Shown here: positions 1 through 14,330 of the stretch, piece after piece | Layout of the letters: each line of letters starts with the position of its first letter | Position numbering within the stretch: position 1 is the stretch's first letter | Source of the DNA: Anaeromyxobacter sp. | GTDB taxonomy: Bacteria > Myxococcota > Myxococcia > Myxococcales > Anaeromyxobacteraceae | DNA: 44,240 nt | Assembly: GCA_049840735.1 (NCBI GenBank) | Contig: JASGJN010000003.1 | Coordinates: 1 to 44,240 of the forward strand | Direction of reading: 5' to 3' | Program-made: the position numbers and the translations under genes | Notes under the pieces: generated by a model | The model's input: only the letters and a program-made list of their open reading frames with translations | The model's database searches: none | Told to the model about the DNA's origin: nothing

Positions 1-1498
1 CGTGCAGAACGAGTGGACGGGCTTCGGCCAGGTGGCCTTCGGGATGCAGAATCGCCTGGAGCATGCTGGTGATGCCGGTGGGCTTCGCCGGGATGGCGCT
101 CCGCTTCGCCTGGCGCGCCGGCGCGCACCACGAGCGCGCGGCGCTGCGCTGGGGGCTCCGCGCGGCGGCGCTGCTGCTGGCGCTGGCGGCGCTGCTGCTG
201 GCCGACGCCGCCCCTGGCCACATGGCGACCGGGCTCCTGCTGCTGCTGCTCGCGGCGGCGTTCCTGCTGGGCGCGCCGGTCTTCGTCTGCATGGCGGGCG
301 TGGCGACGGTGCTCTTCCTGCGCGACGGCACCGACATCGCCGCGGTGCCGGCGGCCATCTTCAGCGTCTCCTCCAAGGAGGCGCTGCCGGCCATCCCGCT
401 CCTCACCGCGGCCGGCTACATCCTGGCCGAGGGCGGCGCGGCGCGCCGGCTGGTGACCGCGTACAAGGGGCTCTTCGGCTGGATGCCCGGCGGCATCGCC
501 GTGATGGCGACCTTCGTCTGCGCGGTGTTCACCACCTTCACCGGCGCCTCGGGGGTCACCATCCTGGCGGTGGGCGGCCTGCTGCTCCCCTCGCTGCTGG
601 AGGACCGCTACCCGGAGGACTTCTCGGTGGGACTGGTGACGGCCTCGGGGTCGCTGGGCCTGCTCTTCCCGCCTTCACTGCCGGTCATCCTGTACGCGGT
701 GGTGGCCGAGATGCCCATGAAGGACCTCTTCGTGGGCGGCTTCCTGCCGGGCCTGCTCGTCGATCGTGCTGGTGGCGGGCTACGGCGTGATCATGGGCGT
801 GAGGGCCGGGGCGCCGCGCGTGCCCTTCCGCGGCAGGCAGGCGGGGCTGGCGCTGTGGGAGGCGAAGTGGGACCTGGGCCTGCCCACGGTGGTAATAGTG
901 GCGGTGGCCACCGGCTTCGCCACGGTGGTGGAGGCGGCGGCGCTGGGCGTCACCTACTCGCTCATCGTCGAGCTGCTGGTCTTCAAGTCCATCCGCCCGG
1001 GCGACCTGCCGCGCGTGCTGGTCCACGCGGCGGCGCTGGTGGGCAGCGTGCTGATCCTGCTGGGCGCCGCCTACGGCCTGACCAACTGGTTCGTGGACGC
1101 GGAGGTGCCTACCCGGGTGGTGGACTGGATGCGCGTCCACGTGGACTCGCCCTGGGTCTTCCTGCTCATGCTCAACGCGGTGCTGCTGGTGCTGGGCAGC
1201 GTGCTGGAGATGTACTCGGCCATCGTGGTGCTGGCGCCGCTGGTGGCGCCGCTGGGGCGCCACTACGGCATCGACGCCATCCACCTGGGCGTGGTCTTCC
1301 TGGCCAACCTGGAGCTGGGCTTCCTGTTCCGCGCCCATGGGCCTGAACCTCTTCCTCTCCGCCACCCGCTTCGGGAAGCCCTTGCCCTGGGTCTACCGCA
1401 AGGCCTTCCCGTTCCTGCTCATCATGAGCGCCGGCGTGCTGGCCATCACCTACCTGCCGGCGCTGACCACGGGCGTGGTGGCGTTCTTCGGGCGATAG
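1..1498 (+). CDS. dctM: TRAP transporter permease, DctM-type large subunit (probably DctQ-DctM fusion), 5' truncated; three +1 frameshifts (~50, ~761, ~1331)
   Basis: Highly hydrophobic, with DctM motifs LPAIPLL..AGYIL, FTTFTGASGVT and SGSLGLLFPPSLPVILY. After frame correction it continues ANLELGFLFPPMGLNLF to TAG at 1496-1498. The upstream MPVGF..MALRF resembles a DctQ C-terminus. Confidence 0.85.
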
Positions 1499-1521
1499 GC
1501 CCGGCCCGCGACCCAGGTGAT

Positions 1522-1903
1522 CCGTTCGGCCTGAGCGTAGCCGCCGCGAGCGGCGGAGTCGAAGGCCAGGGATTCACGCGAGGGCGGCATTTCGCGGCCG
1601 TCCCTCCGCGCCTCCGGAACGGCCGCTGCGCTCGGACTTGCTGCGGCCCGGCCACTCGGAGCGCTCCGCGCGCGAGCCGGACTCCGTGTCATCGCGAGCC
1701 GGGCACAACGCAGGCCCCTCGCCGACCAGCGAGCGGTCCACTCCCGCGCCGTGTTCGAGCGCGGCGGTCGGCGAGGCGCCTTTGGACGGGTGCCCGGCTC
1801 GCACCGCTGGACGCGTGCCGCGCGCGTACCTGGTCGCCGTGTGATGCGGGCCTCCGCGAAAGTCCTCGCTTCGCGGCCGTCCTGCGGCGCTCCGGGACTT
1901 GCG
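1522..1903 (-). repeat. Composite REP/MITE-like intergenic element (modules at 1522-1566, 1578-1640, 1862-1903)
   Basis: The reverse complement matches three modules at 13430-13790, e.g. CCTTCGACTCCGC-stem-GCTACGCTCAGGC and GCAAGTCCCGGAGCGCCG..AGGACGG.CGCG.AGCGAGGAC. It lies between convergent genes. Confidence 0.75.
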
Positions 1904-1943
1904 AGCCTATCGCAGCGCGGCCCTCGACCTCGATGCCGCCGCC

Positions 1944-2792
1944 TCACCCCTCTGCGGCCGGCAACTCCCCCGCCAGCAGCCGCAGCAGCTTGGGTTTCAC
2001 CCCCGCCCCGGCCGCCAGCGCCTCCAGCCGCTCGCGGGCCTCCCTCGAGCTGCTCCGGACCTTCTTCCCCAGGATGAGCTCGTTCTTGACGCTGTGCTCC
2101 CAGCCGGTCAGCTCGGTGACGGTGACCTTGTAGCCGTGGGCCTCCAGCGTCAGCGCGCGCAGCACGTTGGTGAGGTGCGAGCCGAACTCGCGCCGGTGCC
2201 AGGGGTGGTCGAAGAGCGGGGAGAGGAGCGGGGCAGGCGCCTTCGCCTCGGACAGCTGCCGCGCCACCTCGGCCTGGCAGCAGGGGACCACCGCCACGTG
2301 GTCGGCGCCGTGGCGGATGGCCAGGGCGAGCGCGTCGTCGGTGGCGGTGTCGCAGGCGTGCAGCGCGGTGACCAGGTGCACGCGCTCCGGCACGGGGGCG
2401 GCCTCGATGGGCGCTTCCAGGTACGAGAGCCGGTCGAACCCCAGCCGTCGCGCCCGCTCGCCGCCGGCCTTGGCCAGGTCCGGCCGCGACTCGACCGCCA
2501 CCAGCGAGCCCTTGCCGGCGGGCTTCAGGAACAGCTCGTAGAGGATGAAGCCCAGGTAGCTCTTGCCGGCGCCGCAGTCGACCAGCACCGGCGCGCCGAA
2601 GCGCGAGAGCACGTCGTCCACCGCCGGCGCCAGCAGCCCGGCCAGGTGGTTCACCTGCTTCAGCTTCCGGAGGCTGTCGGCGTTCAGGTCGCCGGTCCGC
2701 GTCAGGAGGTGCAGCTCCTGCAGCAGCTCCCGCGACGTCCCGGGGAGCAGCTCCCGCCGCACCGCCGCCTCTCCCTTCACCTGCCTGCGCAT
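1944..2792 (-). CDS. Class I SAM-dependent methyltransferase (Methyltransf_32-like)
   Basis: LVDCGAGKSYLG glycine motif I, ALHACDTATD, VPCCQ, EHSVKNELI. Confidence 0.85.
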   Translation of the reverse strand: MRRQVKGEAAVRRELLPGTSRELLQELHLLTRTGDLNADSLRKLKQVNHLAGLLAPAVDDVLSRFGAPVLVDCGAGKSYLGFILYELFLKPAGKGSLVAVESRPDLAKAGGERARRLGFDRLSYLEAPIEAAPVPERVHLVTALHACDTATDDALALAIRHGADHVAVVPCCQAEVARQLSEAKAPAPLLSPLFDHPWHRREFGSHLTNVLRALTLEAHGYKVTVTELTGWEHSVKNELILGKKVRSSSREARERLEALAAGAGVKPKLLRLLAGELPAAEG

Positions 2793-2892
2793 GCCCCCTT
2801 CTTAACCCGGCCGGGCCCGTCGCGGGGGGCCGGCCGGCCCGGGCCCTCCGATGACCGTTGACGGGCGCCCGCGGCCGGTCCATGCCTCGGGG

Positions 2893-3570
2893 ATGCGCGC
2901 CCCCTCACCGCTGCCGCTGCTGGCCCTGCTCGCGCTGCTGCTGCCGCCGGCGCCCCGGGCCGGCGATCCCGCCCCGGCCGCCGGCCAGGCCGACACCCGC
3001 TCGCTGCGCGAGGCCGACCAGGCCCTGGCCCGCGCCGTGGCCGAGGGGGACCGGGCCGCGTTCGCGGCGCTGCTGGAGGAGCGGACGCTGTTCGGCGGCG
3101 GGCGGCGGGTGCTGGACGGGCGCGAGGCGGTGGCGGCGGCCTGGGCGCCGTTCCTCACGCCCGGCGGCCCGCGGCTGGAGTGGACGCCGGAGCTGGCCGA
3201 GCTGGCCCGCTCCGGCGACGTGGGCTACACCATCGGCCGCTCCACCTTCCGCGCGGCGCCGGACGCGCCGGGGGAGGAGGGGCGCTACGTCACCATCTGG
3301 CGGCGCGCGCCCGACGGCCGCTTCCGCGTGGCCATCGACCTGGCGCTGCGCCCGCCGGACCCGGCCGACCCCGGCCCGCTCACCCGCACCGTGACGCGGA
3401 CGGTGACCTCCCGGGCCAAGGACCTCGAGGCCCGCGCCGGCACCTTCACCGCCCCGGGTGGCCGCAGCGGCGCGTTCCTGCTGGTGCGCCGCCGCGGACC
3501 GGACGGCGTGCTGGCCGACGCGCTGGAGTCGATCCACTTCTTCCCGCCGCCCGCGCGGCAGCCGGAGTGA
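2893..3570 (+). CDS. Exported NTF2/SnoaL-like (DUF4440) protein
   Basis: Signal peptide MRAPSPLPLLALLALLL; LEWTPE..SGDVGYTIG..GRYVTIWRR..DGRFRV motif. Confidence 0.75.
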   Translation: MRAPSPLPLLALLALLLPPAPRAGDPAPAAGQADTRSLREADQALARAVAEGDRAAFAALLEERTLFGGGRRVLDGREAVAAAWAPFLTPGGPRLEWTPELAELARSGDVGYTIGRSTFRAAPDAPGEEGRYVTIWRRAPDGRFRVAIDLALRPPDPADPGPLTRTVTRTVTSRAKDLEARAGTFTAPGGRSGAFLLVRRRGPDGVLADALESIHFFPPPARQPE

Positions 3571-4376
3571 CCGTGCCCCATTCATACCTGCAGCGGCCCG
3601 GCCCGTGGCTGGTGGCCCACCGCGGCGGCAGCCTGCTCGCGCCGGAGAACACGCTGGCCGCGTTCGACCGCGCCGCCGCGCTTGGGGCCGACGCCATCGA
3701 GACGGACGTCCGGCTCACCGCCGACGGCGTGGTGGTGACCTTCCACGACGACGACACCGCGAGGCTCCTGGGCGAGCCGGGCACCATCGAGGCGCGCACC
3801 TTCGCCGAGCTGGCGCGGCTCGACGCCGGCGCCCGCTTCACGCCCGACGGCGGCGCCACCTTCCCCTTCCGCGGCCAGGGGCTGACCGTGCCGCGTCTGA
3901 CGGAGGTGCTGGCGCGCTACCCGGACCTCCGCCTCAACATCGACGCCAAGCCGGACGACGAGGCGCTGGCGGCGGCGCTGGCGGCGGTGATCCGCGGCGC
4001 GGGCGCCGGGGACCGGGTCTGCGTGGGCTCCTTCTTCGACGCCCAGGCCGAGCGGCTGGGCCGGCTGCTCCCGGGCTGCGCCCGCTACCTGCCGGAGCAG
4101 GCCGCCACCTGCCACGTGCTGGCGGCCAAGAGCGGCCAGCCCGCGGCGAGCTGCCCCGGCGGCTACCAGCTGGCCGACCTCCCGCACCGCCTGGGCGATC
4201 TGGTGGTGGTGGACGCGGCGGTGGTGGCCCACTTCCACGCGCTGGGGATCCCGGTCCACGTCTGGACGGTGGACGAGGAGGCCGAGATGCGCGAGCTGCT
4301 CGCACTTGGAGTGGACGGCCTGGTCACCGACCGGCCCGACGTGGCGGCCCGGGTGCTGGGGCGGACCGCCCGCTGA
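3567..4376 (+). CDS. Glycerophosphodiester phosphodiesterase
   Basis: AHRGG..PENT, ETDVRLTADG..FHD, VHVWTVD, GVDGLVTDRP. The GTG start overlaps the upstream TGA. Confidence 0.92.
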   Translation: MTVPHSYLQRPGPWLVAHRGGSLLAPENTLAAFDRAAALGADAIETDVRLTADGVVVTFHDDDTARLLGEPGTIEARTFAELARLDAGARFTPDGGATFPFRGQGLTVPRLTEVLARYPDLRLNIDAKPDDEALAAALAAVIRGAGAGDRVCVGSFFDAQAERLGRLLPGCARYLPEQAATCHVLAAKSGQPAASCPGGYQLADLPHRLGDLVVVDAAVVAHFHALGIPVHVWTVDEEAEMRELLALGVDGLVTDRPDVAARVLGRTAR

Positions 4377-4479
4377 GCGGCGCCGCGGCGCCCGGCCGCG
4401 CACGGGCGTTCAGGCCCCTGCCCCACCCAGGCCCGCCCCGGCCTTTGACGGGGGCCGCGCGCCGGCACATGAAAGGGGG

Positions 4480-7185
<2,706 letters not shown>

Positions 7186-7313
7186 GTCGAGGTGCGAGCG
7201 CCGCCGCCGACGTGGCAGCCGGACGCTTGCTTCCTCCTCGGCGTGCGTGACAGTGTGCGTCCGCGGCTGCGACCGCGGCCGCGCGGGGCCCTGCTCCGCG
7301 CCCAGGAGACCAC

Positions 7314-8958
7314 ATGAGACTCCCGCAGATCCGGGCCGCCGCCGCGGCCGCGCTCCTCCTCGCCCTCGCGGCCTGCGAGAAGAAGAGCTCCACGCCGCCC
7401 CCCCCGCCCTACGAGGTCACGGTCTCCGCGGTCAGCGGCGCCACCCAGTCGCGCCTGGCCTGCTACCGCGGCGAGGCCGTGGAGGCCTGCGACCTGCGCC
7501 TCTACCAGATCATGGTGGAGGCCTTCATCGACGGCGATCCGGACGCGAACTACGGCACCGGCTACGGCCGCAGCCACCACCGCGGCGACCTGGCCGGCAT
7601 CACGGCGTCGCTCGACTACATCCAGTCGCTGGGCGTGAACGCGATTCTGGCTCACCCCCATCTTCACCTCCCTGCCCGTCGCCGGGCAGGACTCGTGGGC
7701 CGACAAGCTGGACGCGACCGGCTACTTCTGCAGCGACTACTTCACGGTGGACCCGAAGTTCGGGACGCTGGAGCAGGCCCGCACGCTGGTGGACGAGGCC
7801 CACGCCCGGGGCCTGTACGTCTTCTTCGACGGCGTCTTCGGCCACCACAAGAGCAACGTGGTCGCCTCGCCCGGCGAGCTCCTCCCCAGCGGCGGGGAGA
7901 ACCCGGTCTCCTACCCGGGCAGCCTGCCCTTCTACACCGAGCTGGCGAAGTACTGGGTCCGCGAGCTGAAGATTGACGGCTGGCGGCTCGACCAGGCCTA
8001 CCAGGTGCCGGTCGGCTACTGGGACGACCTGCGCAGCGCCGTGGCGCAGGCCTCGGAGGAGGTCACCTACGTCGACGGCGACGGCGAGACGGTGCACCCC
8101 CTCGGCTACATGGTGGCCGAGGTCTGGAGCGGCGAGGGCCAGATCTCCTCCGCCGCCTACGGCAGCAACGCCTCCCCGGCGCTGGCCTCGGCCTTCGACT
8201 TCCCCACCCGCTACCGGCTGGTGCAGGTGCTGGCCGCGCAGGAGGACATCGAGGCCTCCTACGCCAAGAACGGCCCGGCCTCGCGCCTCAACGAGGCGTT
8301 CGGCACCTTCGGCGCCTACCCCGACCACGCCATGCCCAACCTGATGCTGGGCAACCACGACCTGGTGCGGTTCGGCGACCTGGTCGAGCGCGCCGGCTAC
8401 GCCGGGCCCGGCTCCGCCAGCTACTGGAGCCGCCACAAGGCCGCCTTCGCGTTCCAGGCCGCCTACAGCGGGCCCATCACCGTCTACTACGGCGACGAGG
8501 TCGGCGACGAGGTGCCGGCCTTCGACCAGCCGGTGAGCGACTGCGGCACGCAGGGGCTCTGCGACGACCACGTGGCGCGCACCAGCGGTATCGTGCGGGG
8601 CGTGGCCACGCGCTACGGCGGCACCCCCACCGTGCTCAACGCCAACCAGGCCGACCTGGTGGACTACGTCTCGTCCCTGATGGCGCTCCGCGCCGCGCAC
8701 CCCGCGCTCTCGCACGGGTCGCGGACCCACGTCTACTCCGACGTCAACGTGTACCTGGACCGCAAGGAGGCCGGCAGCGACCGGATCCTCTTCGCGCTCA
8801 ACGTGAAGGATCAGGCCGCGGTCATCACGCTGGCCGCGTCCACCGTCGGCGGCGCCACCCAGCTCACCGACCTGCTCTCCGCGGAGACGCTCCCGGCCAG
8901 CGGCGGGCAGTTCACCCTCGAGCTGGCGCCGCTCTCGGGCCGCTTCCTGGCCTACTGA
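7314..8958 (+). CDS. GH13 alpha-amylase family lipoprotein; +1 frameshift at ~7645
   Basis: Lipobox LAAC; GDLAGITASLDYIQSLGVNAI(WLTPIF after correction), DGVFGH, IDGWRLD (nucleophile), VAEVW, GNHD, YYGDEVG. Confidence 0.88.
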
Positions 8959-8986
8959 GCCGCGGCGGGGTCCTGCCCCGCCAATC

Positions 8987-9021
8987 CGAGCCCCGCGCGC
9001 CCACCCGGGCCGCGGGGCTCG
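8987..9021. terminator. GC hairpin between convergent genes (possible terminator)
   Basis: 11-bp inverted repeat CGAGCCCCGCG / CGCGGGGCTCG; no U-tract. Confidence 0.35.
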
Positions 9022-9027
9022 CCGTCT

Positions 9028-9519
9028 TCAGGCCTCCTCGAAGACGCCGCTGTCGCGGTTCTTGCGGACCCGGTCGCCCGGATGGCAGCGGCCGTTCATG
9101 GCCACGTAGACGCCGGGCGGGAGGACCTGCGCGAAGGAGAGCGCGCTGCCCAGGTTGAAGAGGCCGTCGGAGGAGCCGAACGCGTAGGGGATCATCGCGC
9201 CGGTCAGCACCACCGTCTTGCCCAGCCCGGCCGCCACCAGCGCCCGGGCCGTCTCGGCCATGGTGTCGGTGCCGTGGGTCACGACGATGCGCGCCTCCTC
9301 GGCGCTGCGGCAGCTCTCGACCACGATGCGCCGGTCGGCGTCGGTCATCTCCAGGCTGTCGATCATCATCAGCGTCCGCAGGCGGACGTCGGCCCGGCAG
9401 CGCGCCAGCCGCAGCATCTCCGGCAGGTGCGTGTCCTTGAAGAAGAGCCGGCCGTGCAGCTCGTCGTACTCCTTGTCGAACGTGCCGCCGGTGACGAAGA
9501 CGCGGATGGGCTCGGACAT
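9028..9519 (-). CDS. Short-chain asparaginase-domain protein
   Basis: VTGGTFDK, DSLEM, VTHGTDTM, VLTGAMIP; AGGAGG RBS. Only the N-terminal asparaginase domain is present. Confidence 0.88.
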   Translation of the reverse strand: MSEPIRVFVTGGTFDKEYDELHGRLFFKDTHLPEMLRLARCRADVRLRTLMMIDSLEMTDADRRIVVESCRSAEEARIVVTHGTDTMAETARALVAAGLGKTVVLTGAMIPYAFGSSDGLFNLGSALSFAQVLPPGVYVAMNGRCHPGDRVRKNRDSGVFEEA

Positions 9520-9568
9520 CGCGGCCTCCTGCTGGGTGGGCTGGGCGCCGCGCACGGCGCCCAGCCGG

Positions 9569-11170
<1,602 letters not shown>

Positions 11171-11355
11171 GGGCGGGGGGACTTTTAGCGGAATCGGGCG
11201 GCTTTGGCGACCGGGTTGCATGCAGCCCCGGGCGGCGGGGCGCAGGCGGGGAAGGCGAAGGGCCGGAACCGCTGTCGCACAGCGTACGCCGGGCGCGGCC
11301 CCCGCGGGCGAGAGGGCTCGACCGGCGCCTGCGCCCGGCGTACGCTGCCCCGGCC

Positions 11356-12606
11356 GTGACCCACCCCCCGGAGCCCCAGCCCGACCGCAGCAACGGCCGC
11401 GCGCTCGCGCTGGGGCTGGCGCTGGGCGCCGCCTTCCTGGCCCGCGGCGTGATGGGGCCGCTGGTGGGACAGCTCCGGGCCGGCCTGTGGCTGAACGATC
11501 AGGCGCTCGGCTCCCTGCTGGCCGCCTTCGCGGCGGCCTACGCGGCCGCGCTGCCGCTGACCGCGGCGCTGGCCGAGCGCCGGCCGCGCCCGCAGCTCCT
11601 GGCCTGGGCGCTCCTCTGCTGCGCCGCGGGCACCGCGCTCTCCAGCGCCGGGGTCGGGTTCTGGACCCTGGCGGTGGCGCGCGCGCTGGCGGGCGCCGGC
11701 GCGGGCGCGGCCACGGCGCTGGCCGCCGGGCTGCTGCGCGACGCCGGCCCCCTGGCGCGCCGGCGGGCGGCCGAGGTGGGCGTCCTCGCGCCGGCCGCCG
11801 GGCTGGCGGCTGGCTACGTGCTGGGCGGCCTCGCGCCGGCCTGGCGGCTCGCCTTCCTGCTGGCCGGCGCGGGCATCGCCGCCACGGCGCTGCTGGCCCG
11901 GCGGACGGCCGAGGCGCCGCGCGGCGCCGACGCCTGGGCGGCGCTCCGGGCCGCCGGCTGGCGGGCCGCGGTCCGCTCCGCCTGCGGCCACCGCACCGGC
12001 GGCCTGGTGGTCGCGGCGGCGGCGGCCGGGGCCTTCGGCGCGGGCGGGCTGGCCTTCTGGCTGCCCAGCTACCTGGAGCGCGCGCGGAGCGTGCCGCGCC
12101 ACGTGGCCGGCGCGCAGCTGGCCGCGCTCGTCCTGATGGCCGGCGCGCTGGGCGCGGTGCTGACGCCGGCGCTGGCCCGGACGCTGGCGCGCCGCTCGCG
12201 CGCGCCCAACGGCTGGACCGCCGCGGCCGCCGCGGCGGGTGCGGCCGGGGGCGCCTGGCTGGCCTTCGCCGCCGCCACCCCTGCGCTTTACCTGCCCGGG
12301 CTGGGGCTGGCGCTGCTGGGCGTGGTGGTCTGGACGCGCGCCACGCTGGCCGCCTTCGAGCGCGGCGCCGCCGGCGCCGAGCCGGCCGCGGTGGCGGTGG
12401 GCGCGCTGGCGGCGCACGGGCTGGGCGACCTGCTCGCCGCCCCGGCCATGGGCGCGGTGTCCGACGGCGCCTCCTTCGTGCTGGCCGTGCAGCTCCTGCC
12501 CGCGGCGCTGCTCACCTCCGCCCTGCTCTGGGCGCTGGCGGCCTGGTCGCGCGGCCGCGCCCGCCCGGCCCAGGCCGCGGACGACCCGCGGCGCGAGGTG
12601 GCGTAG
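11356..12606 (+). CDS. MFS transporter (divergent)
   Basis: About 12 hydrophobic segments, an LAERRPR loop, ARALAGAG, FWLPSYL and MGAVSD. Confidence 0.75.
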   Translation: MTHPPEPQPDRSNGRALALGLALGAAFLARGVMGPLVGQLRAGLWLNDQALGSLLAAFAAAYAAALPLTAALAERRPRPQLLAWALLCCAAGTALSSAGVGFWTLAVARALAGAGAGAATALAAGLLRDAGPLARRRAAEVGVLAPAAGLAAGYVLGGLAPAWRLAFLLAGAGIAATALLARRTAEAPRGADAWAALRAAGWRAAVRSACGHRTGGLVVAAAAAGAFGAGGLAFWLPSYLERARSVPRHVAGAQLAALVLMAGALGAVLTPALARTLARRSRAPNGWTAAAAAAGAAGGAWLAFAAATPALYLPGLGLALLGVVVWTRATLAAFERGAAGAEPAAVAVGALAAHGLGDLLAAPAMGAVSDGASFVLAVQLLPAALLTSALLWALAAWSRGRARPAQAADDPRREVA

Positions 12607-12633
12607 GCTCGCGCGTCCCCCCCGGGGCTCCGC

Positions 12634-12678
12634 GGTGCGCGCCACCCAGTAGAAGCCCTCCAGCCTCTGCAGGTTCAT
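12634..12678 (-). pseudogene. Probable N-terminal remnant of a LysR-type regulator
   Basis: The ATG overlaps the upstream stop (ATGA). MNLQRLEGFYWVART resembles the first LysR HTH helix, then the resemblance is lost and the frame runs antisense into the MFS gene. Confidence 0.5.
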
Positions 12679-13271
12679 CGCTCCCCCCGCCCGGACGGCG
12701 CGCCCTCGCCCGCCGGCTCCAGGGCCTCCGCCGCCTCCACCAGCGCCAGCGTGTGCGCGCGCACGTCCTTCGGCCAGCCCCGCACCAGCCGGCGCAGCCG
12801 CTCGCCGTCGCCCGCGTAGAGCGCCCGCGAGGCCTCCTCGAAGCCCGGCAGGTCCCCGCCCATGGCCCACATGAACTTCCCCGCCGCCTCGCGCGCCCGG
12901 CGGGCCCGGGCCTTGTCCGGCTCGCGCCGCCGCGCCTCGTCCACCAGCCGGCGCAGCGCCGCCGAGATCCCGCCGCGCTGCTCCTCCAGCCACTCCCAGT
13001 GACGCGGCAGGAGCGAGATCTCGCGGCTGACCACCCCCAGCCGTGGCCGCCCCGGCCCCGCCCTCTCCCGCCCCTCCGCCCGCGCCACCACCTCCTCCGG
13101 CGTGCCGCGCAGGTCGAAGTCCACCTGCCGCCCGGTGGCGTCCTCGAAGATGAGCAGCCCCTCCGCCGGCGCCGCCGCCTTCACCGCCAGCAGCACCTCG
13201 CGCCGCGAGCCGCTCGCCAGTCGCCTGTGGCCCACGAAGGCCGTGTAGCTGTCGTCCATGGAGGCTCCCAT
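12675..13271 (-). CDS. DUF2239 family protein
   Basis: YTAFVGHRRLASG, FEDATGRQVDFDLRG, GRPRLGVVSREISLLPRHWEWL, GDLPGFEEASRALY. Start could also be 13259. Confidence 0.85.
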   Translation of the reverse strand: MGASMDDSYTAFVGHRRLASGSRREVLLAVKAAAPAEGLLIFEDATGRQVDFDLRGTPEEVVARAEGRERAGPGRPRLGVVSREISLLPRHWEWLEEQRGGISAALRRLVDEARRREPDKARARRAREAAGKFMWAMGGDLPGFEEASRALYAGDGERLRRLVRGWPKDVRAHTLALVEAAEALEPAGEGAPSGRGER

Positions 13272-13429
13272 GTTTTTGCCCGGGTGAATTTATCCACCCG
13301 TACCGCCGGGCCACCGCGCGGTCAAGGGGATTTCATCCGGATGAAATGGGGGCTGGGTGGGAGGAAGGAACGCCCAGCGATCGCGAGCTACGAGGTCCAT
13401 CTTCCGCCGAATGCGCCCGCGACAGCCCC

Positions 13430-13790
13430 CGCAAGTCCCGGAGCGCCGGAGGACGGTCGCGGAGCGAGGACAATCCGAGCGAAGCGGCCGGCCGCAGGCG
13501 CGGAGGGACGACGCCGAAAGCCGCTCGCAGGAGGTGCTCGCCTTCGACTCCGCGCCCGCTCGCGGGCGCTACGCTCAGGCTGACCGGGGCCGCTGGCGCG
13601 AAGGGACGCACGCCGAAAGCTCCACAAGGACCGCCTGGCCTTCGACTCCGCGCCCGCTCGCGGGCGCTACGCTCAGGCTGACCGGGGCCGCTGGCGCGAA
13701 GGGACGCACGCCGAAAGCTCCACGAGGACCGCCTGGCCTTCGACTCCGCCGCCACTGCCCGGCGGCTACGGCCAGGCCGAACGGTGCCAG
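13430..13790 (+). repeat. REP-like cluster with a 98-bp tandem duplication
   Basis: CCTTCGACTCCGC starts at 13541, 13639 and 13737 (period 98). The first two units differ by one base, each carries a GC hairpin, and upstream modules are shared with 1578-1903. Confidence 0.85.
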
Positions 13791-13862
13791 GGGTCGGTCG
13801 GCCGAAGCGGAGCCGCGGTCTTCCCCGGCGAGGGCCGGGCCGGCGCGCGCCCGCCCGGACGG

Positions 13863-14330
13863 TCAGGCCGGCACGTCGACGGCCAGATCCCCCGCGTCCA
13901 CCGGCAGCACCGCCGCGTTCTCCTCGGCCCAGCGCGCCGCCGCGCCGTTGAGCGGGCTCTTCACGTTGTAGCTCTGGAACGCGATCATCTCGGCGATGCG
14001 CCCGATGACCGTGGCCAGCGACTGCCCCGCGCTCCAGTGGTCGCCGATGCAGATCGCGTGCGGCGCGATGTTGGGGTGGAAGACCGGCGTGAGCATCCGG
14101 CACTGCGGCGCCTGCCGCGGGTACCCCAGCGTCAGGAAGATCTCCACCACGTGGGCGTCCTTCTGCACCACCGCCCCGTCCTGCATCACCAGCCCGCGCA
14201 CGCCCAGCTCGACCCGGTAGCGCTCCGGCGGCTCGCCCACCGCCTCGAGCAGCTTGAAGCGCGGGTGACCCTCCAGCCACCGCCGGATCATCTCCTCGTC
14301 GGCCCGGAGCCGCCTCAGCCGCACGCTCAT
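13863..14330 (-). CDS. Ubiquitin-conjugating enzyme E2 (UBC fold), 155 aa
   Basis: RLRRL N-helix, GYPRQAP, TPVFHPNI (HPN triad), ICI catalytic Cys, downstream Trp and SPLNGAAA. ATGA overlap with the upstream gene, GAGGAGG RBS. Confidence 0.9.
   Translation of the reverse strand: MSVRLRRLRADEEMIRRWLEGHPRFKLLEAVGEPPERYRVELGVRGLVMQDGAVVQKDAHVVEIFLTLGYPRQAPQCRMLTPVFHPNIAPHAICIGDHWSAGQSLATVIGRIAEMIAFQSYNVKSPLNGAAARWAEENAAVLPVDAGDLAVDVPA

Noticed and set aside
13541..13790. CRISPR array
   Set aside because: The intervening sequences are near-identical rather than unique spacers, the period is 98 bp, and there are no cas genes.
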